Position numbers and translations under genes: made by a program. 64,000 nucleotides of DNA from Longimicrobiales bacterium (GTDB lineage: Bacteria; Gemmatimonadota; Gemmatimonadetes; Longimicrobiales; Gaopeijiaceae): assembly GCA_965211905.1 (NCBI GenBank), contig CBDBTX010000002.1:820248-884247 (forward strand), in the 5' to 3' direction. A model generated the notes under the pieces. That model had not been told where the DNA came from and made no database searches. It saw nothing but the letters and a program-made list of their open reading frames with translations. Below, piece by piece: positions 58,938 through 64,000 of this stretch; the first letter of the stretch is position 1; each line of letters opens with the position of its first letter.

Positions 58938-60527
58938 ATGGCTAACCGAACGATCACAGCGACGCTGGTCGCCCTCCTAATCACCCCCGCTGTCACGGCC
59001 GCGCAGAGCCTCGACGACGAGCAGCTCGCGCCTCTCGTGGAACGTGTGGAAGAGGGCGTGCTCGAGCGTGCCAAGCTGGCCCAGGTGATGGTCGACAAGA
59101 TCTTCTCCTTCTCCGAACTGGGGCAGCAGGAGATCGAGACGTCCGCCTATATCACGGGCATTCTGGAAGAGAACGGCTTCGACGTCGAGCGCGAAGCCGC
59201 GGGCATCCCCACGGCGTGGTTCGCGCGCTGGGGAAGCGGCAGTCCGGTGATTTCCTTCGGCTCGGACATCGACGGGATTCCGAAGGCGAACCAGAAGCCG
59301 GGCGTGGCCTACCACGACCCGCTGATCCCGGGCGCGCCCGGACACGGCGAGGGCCACAACTCGGGGCAGGCGGTGAACGTGGTCGCGGCGCTCGCGCTCA
59401 AGGAGGTCATGGAGGCCGAAGGGATCCAGGGCACGCTGGTGCTCTGGCCGGGCGTCGCCGAGGAGCAGCTGGCGTCAAAGGCGTGGTACGTGCGCGACGG
59501 CTACATGGAGGACATCGACATCACGATCTTCACCCATGTCAGCAGCAACCTGTCGGTCAACTGGGGACAGGGCGGCGGCACCGGACTCGTTTCGGTGGAG
59601 TTCACCTTCGCGGGCGAGGCGGCGCACGGCGCGGGCGCTCCCTGGCGGGGCCGCAGCGCCCTGGACGCCGTCGAGCTGATGAACGTCGCGTGGAACTTCC
59701 GCCGCGAGCACCTCAGGCCCGACCAGCGATCGCACTACGTGATCAGCGACGGGGGCGACCAGCCCAACGTGGTGCCGCCGAGCGCCTCGGTGTGGTACTT
59801 CATCCGCGAGATGGACTACGAGGACATCCAGCGCAACTTCGACACGGCCGTGCGCATCGCCGAGGGCGCGGCCATGATGACCGACACCGAGATGTCGTAC
59901 CGGATCATCGGCGCGGCGTGGCCGCGGCACTTCAACAAGGTCGTGGCCGAGACCATGTACGAGCACATCGAGGAGGTGGGGCTCCCCGAGTGGACCGAGG
60001 ACGACCACGACTTCGCCAGCGCGGTGCAGGAGTCGGTGGGAAGCGTGCCTTCGGGGATGCCGGTCGCGCTGTCGCCGCTGGGCACGCCGGGACCGCGCCG
60101 AAGCGGGGGATCGGACGACATCGGCGACATCTCGTGGAACGTGCCCACGGTCACACTGCGCTTCCCGTCGAACGTGCCGGGACTGCCGGGCCACCACTGG
60201 TCGAGCGCCATGGCGATGGCGACCCCCATCGCGCACAAGGGCGCCGTCGCGGGCGCGCGGGTGATGGCCCGCACCGCCCTGCAGCTCTTCGCGCAGCCGG
60301 AGCTCGTCGATCAGGCGTGGACCTACTTCAACGACGAGCAGAGCGTCGGCATGGAGTACGTCCCCTTCATCGGGCCCGACGATCCGCCGCCCATCGATCT
60401 CAACCGGGAGATCATGGAGGCGTTTCGTCCCCTGCTGAGACAGTATTACTATGATGAGACCCGCTTCGAGACCTATCTTGAGCAGTTGGGGATCAAGTAT
60501 CCTACGCTCACGCGGCCGATTTCGTAG
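58938..60527 (+). CDS. M20-family amidohydrolase (AbgB-like), secreted
   Basis: ATG at 58938 with a signal peptide. FSELGQQEIETS, GSDIDGIP and GHGEGHNSGQ motifs. Confidence 0.8.
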   Translation: MANRTITATLVALLITPAVTAAQSLDDEQLAPLVERVEEGVLERAKLAQVMVDKIFSFSELGQQEIETSAYITGILEENGFDVEREAAGIPTAWFARWGSGSPVISFGSDIDGIPKANQKPGVAYHDPLIPGAPGHGEGHNSGQAVNVVAALALKEVMEAEGIQGTLVLWPGVAEEQLASKAWYVRDGYMEDIDITIFTHVSSNLSVNWGQGGGTGLVSVEFTFAGEAAHGAGAPWRGRSALDAVELMNVAWNFRREHLRPDQRSHYVISDGGDQPNVVPPSASVWYFIREMDYEDIQRNFDTAVRIAEGAAMMTDTEMSYRIIGAAWPRHFNKVVAETMYEHIEEVGLPEWTEDDHDFASAVQESVGSVPSGMPVALSPLGTPGPRRSGGSDDIGDISWNVPTVTLRFPSNVPGLPGHHWSSAMAMATPIAHKGAVAGARVMARTALQLFAQPELVDQAWTYFNDEQSVGMEYVPFIGPDDPPPIDLNREIMEAFRPLLRQYYYDETRFETYLEQLGIKYPTLTRPIS

Positions 60528-60573
60528 GACGACTACGCGTCGCGCTGAGGATTCTGACAATCGGAGGATTCTG

Positions 60574-61092
60574 ATGAGAAAAGCCAGCCGCAGATTTCTT
60601 TCGGTGGCAGCCGCCATGCTCCTGGTGGCGATCCCGGTCGGCGCGGGCGGCCAGCCCGAGCCCGTCGCGGGGTCCCCGACCGCTTCATTCCCGGTCGCCT
60701 TGCTCGACGTCGCGTCGCTCGACGATCCCACCGTAGTGGGCTGGCGGCTCCTGGCCAAGCTCAACTACCGGACCGGCGAGAAGACCGAAGAGTTGGCCGA
60801 GCTGGAAGGCAAGCTCGTCAAGGTCCCCGGCTTCACGGTGCCACTCGAGGATTTTGCGTCTTCGGCGACGGAATTCCTCCTCGTGCCGTACGTTGGCGCC
60901 TGCATCCACACGCCGCCGCCACCGCCCAACCAGCTCGTCTACATCCAGATGGACGATGGGAAGCGCGCGAAGATGGACGGCTGGAACCCCGTGTGGGTCG
61001 AGGGCGTGCTCAGCATCGAGATGACGGAGAGCGTGTACGGCTACGTGGGCTTCACCATCACCGGCGAACGGGTGTATCCGTACGAGGCATGA
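60574..61092 (+). CDS. DUF3299-domain protein
   Basis: GGAGG RBS and a signal peptide. LLVPYVGACIHTPPPPPNQLVYI is the characteristic DUF3299 motif. Confidence 0.7.
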   Translation: MRKASRRFLSVAAAMLLVAIPVGAGGQPEPVAGSPTASFPVALLDVASLDDPTVVGWRLLAKLNYRTGEKTEELAELEGKLVKVPGFTVPLEDFASSATEFLLVPYVGACIHTPPPPPNQLVYIQMDDGKRAKMDGWNPVWVEGVLSIEMTESVYGYVGFTITGERVYPYEA

Positions 61093-61157
61093 GCCGCGAT
61101 TGGGCCGCGCGCTTGCACCGGTTGCGGCATGAGGCCTCTCCGAGCCGAGGGCCATAG

Positions 61158-61838
61158 GTGAGCCTGGCCATCGATGTCCGCGGTCTGCGATTCCGCTACG
61201 GACGCGGCCCTTGGGTGCTGGACATCCCCGAACTGACCCTCGAGCGGGGAGCGCGCGCGTTTCTCTTTGGTCCGAGCGGCAGCGGCAAGACCACGCTCCT
61301 CGGCGTGCTGGCGGGTGTGCTGAAGCCCGAAGAGGGCGAGGTCAACGTGCTCGGAAGGGATCTGGCATCGCTCTCCGGCGCCCGGCGGGACGACTTCCGG
61401 GCGGAGCACATCGGCTACGTCTTCCAGATGTTCAACCTCATCCCCTATCTGTCGGTTCTCGACAATATCGCGCTGCCGGTGCGCATGAACGCCGCACGCC
61501 GGGCCCGGCTGGACGGCGCGCGCGTGAAGGAGACCGCCGCGCTGCTCGCCGATCACCTTCACATCGGCGACCTGCTGAAAAAGCGGGTGACCGAGCTCTC
61601 GGTGGGCCAGCAGCAGCGTGTGGCGGCCTGCCGGGCGCTCATCGGCGCGCCGGAGATCATCGTGGCCGACGAACCGACCTCGTCCCTCGACTTCGACCGC
61701 CGGGAGGCCTTCCTCGAGCTGCTGTTTGCGGAGTGCGAGCTCGCCGGCGCCACGCTGGTGTTCGTCAGCCACGACCGCACCCTTGAAGGCATGTTCTCCC
61801 GCAAGATCTCGCTCCCCGACGTCAACAGGGCGGTCTGA
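61158..61838 (+). CDS. ABC transporter ATP-binding protein (MacB/LolD-like)
   Basis: GTG start. Walker A GPSGSGKTT, LSVGQQQRVAACRAL signature, Walker B IIVADEPTSSLD. Confidence 0.88.
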   Translation: MSLAIDVRGLRFRYGRGPWVLDIPELTLERGARAFLFGPSGSGKTTLLGVLAGVLKPEEGEVNVLGRDLASLSGARRDDFRAEHIGYVFQMFNLIPYLSVLDNIALPVRMNAARRARLDGARVKETAALLADHLHIGDLLKKRVTELSVGQQQRVAACRALIGAPEIIVADEPTSSLDFDRREAFLELLFAECELAGATLVFVSHDRTLEGMFSRKISLPDVNRAV

Positions 61839-63103
61839 TGCTCGTTCTCGACCTCGCGCTCAAGTCGCTTCGCAACCGCGCCTTCAGCACCTCGCTCACC
61901 GTGGGCTCGATCGCGCTCAGCGTTGCGCTGCTGATCGGCGTCGAGAACGTGCGCGTGGGCATGCGCGAGAGCTTTTCCAACACCATCAGCCAGACCGACC
62001 TGATCGTGGGCGTCAAGGGCGGCACCATCCAGCTGCTGCTGTACTCGGTCTTCGGCATGGGGTCGCCGACGAGCAACCTCTCCTGGGACACCTACCGCGA
62101 ATGGGCGGAGCACCCCGCGATCGAGTGGACCATCCCCTACGGCCTCGGCGACAGCCACCGGGGATTCCGCGTCATCGGCACCAACGAGGACTTCTATCGC
62201 CACTATCGCTACCGGGGCGGGCAGGAGATCGCGCTGGCGGAGGGCCGCGCCGGCTCCGGGGTCTTCGACGTCACCCTGGGCGCGGATGTGGCGGGCGAAC
62301 TGGGCTACGGGCTCGGCGACCAGGTCGCGGTGACCCACGGGATCGGCGAGGTGGGCTTCCTGAACCACGACGAGATGCCGTTCACGGTGGTGGGCATCCT
62401 CGACAAGACGTTTACGCCGGTCGACCGCGCGGTCTACGTCACCCTCGAGGGCATCGAGGCCATCCACTTCGGGTGGGAGGACGGCGCGCCGCCCATGCCC
62501 GGCGAAGAGCGTACGCGCGAGGACGTGCTCGCCATGGATGAGATCGAGATCACCCAGGTGACGTCGTTCTTCGTGGGGACCACCAACCGCCGCGACGTGC
62601 TCCGGCTTCAGCGCGAGATCAACGACTATGTGGACGAGCCGATGATGGCGGTCATCCCCGGTCTGGCGCTGAACGAGATGTGGCAGGGGATCGGCTACGC
62701 CGAGACCGGGCTCCGGGTGGTGACGATCTTCGTCGTGCTGGTGGGACTGCTGGGCATGCTGGTCTCGCTCTACACCTCGCTCAACGAGCGGCGGCGCGAG
62801 ATGGCGATCCTGCGCGCCGTCGGCGCGGGCCCGAAGCGGATCCTCTCGCTGCTGGTGCTCGAGTCCGTCTGCCTGGCCGCGGCGGGCGCGATCGCCGGAC
62901 TGGCGCTGGTGTACGTGCTGCTGTCGGCCGGCCAGCCGATCGTCGAGGCGCAGGTGGGGCTCTTCATCCCGATCCGGCCACCCGGCTCGATCGAACTGCT
63001 CTTCCTGGGCGCCGTGGTGACCGCCGGATTCCTCATGGGCTTCGTGCCCGCGCTCAAGGCCTACCGCACCGCCCTCCACGACGGACTTGCGGTGCGCGTC
63101 TAG
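61838..63103 (+). CDS. FtsX/MacB-type ABC permease
   Basis: N-terminal TM, a large periplasmic domain, and a C-terminal FtsX-like 3-TM bundle (RRREMAILRAVGAGPKRI). Confidence 0.85.
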   Translation: MLVLDLALKSLRNRAFSTSLTVGSIALSVALLIGVENVRVGMRESFSNTISQTDLIVGVKGGTIQLLLYSVFGMGSPTSNLSWDTYREWAEHPAIEWTIPYGLGDSHRGFRVIGTNEDFYRHYRYRGGQEIALAEGRAGSGVFDVTLGADVAGELGYGLGDQVAVTHGIGEVGFLNHDEMPFTVVGILDKTFTPVDRAVYVTLEGIEAIHFGWEDGAPPMPGEERTREDVLAMDEIEITQVTSFFVGTTNRRDVLRLQREINDYVDEPMMAVIPGLALNEMWQGIGYAETGLRVVTIFVVLVGLLGMLVSLYTSLNERRREMAILRAVGAGPKRILSLLVLESVCLAAAGAIAGLALVYVLLSAGQPIVEAQVGLFIPIRPPGSIELLFLGAVVTAGFLMGFVPALKAYRTALHDGLAVRV

Positions 63104-63156
63104 GGGGCGCCGGTTTGGTGCGGGCGCGGGATCGAGTATCGAACAGGAGCAGCGTC

Positions 63157-64000
63157 ATGACCAGACACCGACATGGGCGGCCGGGCCGCACGCTCGCAAC
63201 CGCCGGCCTGCTCGCGTTCACCGCGGCCTGTGGCGGCGGCGGGGGAGACGGGGCGGCCGACAACGCCATCAAGGTGGGCGCCATCTTCGACCTCACCGGG
63301 CCCACGGCCGATGTCGGCACCGACTACGCCGACGGCATGCGCGGCTACGCCGACTGGGTGAACATGCAGGGCGGGATCGAGGGGCGGCCGATCGACCTGA
63401 TCTACCAGGACTACGCCTACCAGATCGACCGCGCCGAGCAGCTCTACAGCCAGTTCGTGGCCGAGGGCGCGGTGGTCTTCATGGGATGGGGCACCGGCGA
63501 CACCGAGGCGCTGCGCCTCCGCGTCACCGAAGACCAGATCCCGTTCAGCTCGGCCTCGCTCTCCCACGTTCTCGGCGACCCGGCCGACGCGCCCTACAAC
63601 TTCCTGGTCGCCCCCACCTACACCGACCAGTTCCGCATCGCGCTGGACTGGATCGCGGCGAACCACGGAGACGGGACGCCGGTTGTCGCGCTCATGCACA
63701 ACGCGAGCCCCTTTGGGCTGTCGCCGTCGCGCTATGGCGGCGTCGAGTACGCCGAGGCGATCGGCGTCGACCTGAGCCTCTACGAAATGCCGCGCGCGGC
63801 CGTCGACTACACAGGAGAGTTTTCGCGAATCCGCCAGAGCGGCGCCCAGTACGTCATCTTCCAGAACACCTCGGGGCCAGCCGCAGTGGCGATCCAGAAC
63901 GCGGGCAGCCTGGGGCTGGACCTGAGCTTCATCTGCCTGAACTGGTGCGCCAACGCGCAGCTGGTGGACCTGGCGGGCGAGGAGGCAGAAGGCGTGATGG
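63157..64000 (+). CDS. LivK-like ABC substrate-binding lipoprotein; the 3' end lies outside the window
   Basis: This gene is not in the ORF track because it has no stop inside the window. AGGAG RBS, ATG at 63157, lipobox FTAAC, then IKVGAIFDLTGPTADVG and GIEGRPIDLIYQDY, typical of Peripla_BP_6 proteins. Confidence 0.8.
   Translation, partial: MTRHRHGRPGRTLATAGLLAFTAACGGGGGDGAADNAIKVGAIFDLTGPTADVGTDYADGMRGYADWVNMQGGIEGRPIDLIYQDYAYQIDRAEQLYSQFVAEGAVVFMGWGTGDTEALRLRVTEDQIPFSSASLSHVLGDPADAPYNFLVAPTYTDQFRIALDWIAANHGDGTPVVALMHNASPFGLSPSRYGGVEYAEAIGVDLSLYEMPRAAVDYTGEFSRIRQSGAQYVIFQNTSGPAAVAIQNAGSLGLDLSFICLNWCANAQLVDLAGEEAEGVM

Overview
This is a high-GC bacterial chromosomal window. By eye it is about two-thirds G+C, except for a few sharply AT-rich patches. 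The gene content (fused GldF/GldG-type ABC, DUF4340, DUF5916, LVIVD-like, CarboxypepD_reg TonB receptor) suggests a Gemmatimonadota-like organism, but that is inference only. I support about 50 genes. Most long antisense ORFs in the track are GC-driven shadows.

Gene content in order:
- sbcC (5' partial) translationally coupled to a NurA-like gene.
- A Sel1 lipoprotein.
- A tightly packed minus-strand block: ABC ATPase, ABC-2/GldG fusion, DUF4340, GMC oxidoreductase and its Tat subunit.
- A TonB-dependent receptor, an alpha/beta hydrolase with a coding mini-satellite, and a DUF5916 protein.
- hipBA preceded by five palindromic repeats.
- A PHP-like protein, HupE/UreJ, a hicA remnant plus hicB.
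- A secreted LVIVD-like protein and a Met-rich protein plus multicopper oxidase.
- A low-GC island (about 25.4-29.9 kb) carrying a three-gene operon of unknown function, plus DUF4143 ATPase genes, one of them decayed.
- GS type III, an AcnX pair, an IS110-family element, an M14 peptidase.
- A TPP riboswitch with thiC, a Calx-beta/LRR lipoprotein, and an amidohydrolase.
- A livG / acyl-CoA-synthetase / livH / livM operon.
- A roughly 6.4 kb block of surface lipoproteins (3x Ig-like + CARDB; 1394-aa LRR + M66-like metalloprotease).
- A degraded second copy of acs'-livH'-livM'.
- Another DUF4143 ATPase, an M20 amidohydrolase, DUF3299 with a MacB-type ABC, and a LivK-like binding protein that runs off the window.

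The best candidate for an undescribed system is the low-GC operon at 25.8-27.8 kb. It encodes a HEPN/DUF4145-like protein flanked by two paralogous wHTH proteins and sits behind a near-consensus promoter. All homology statements come from motif recognition by eye. No database search was run.
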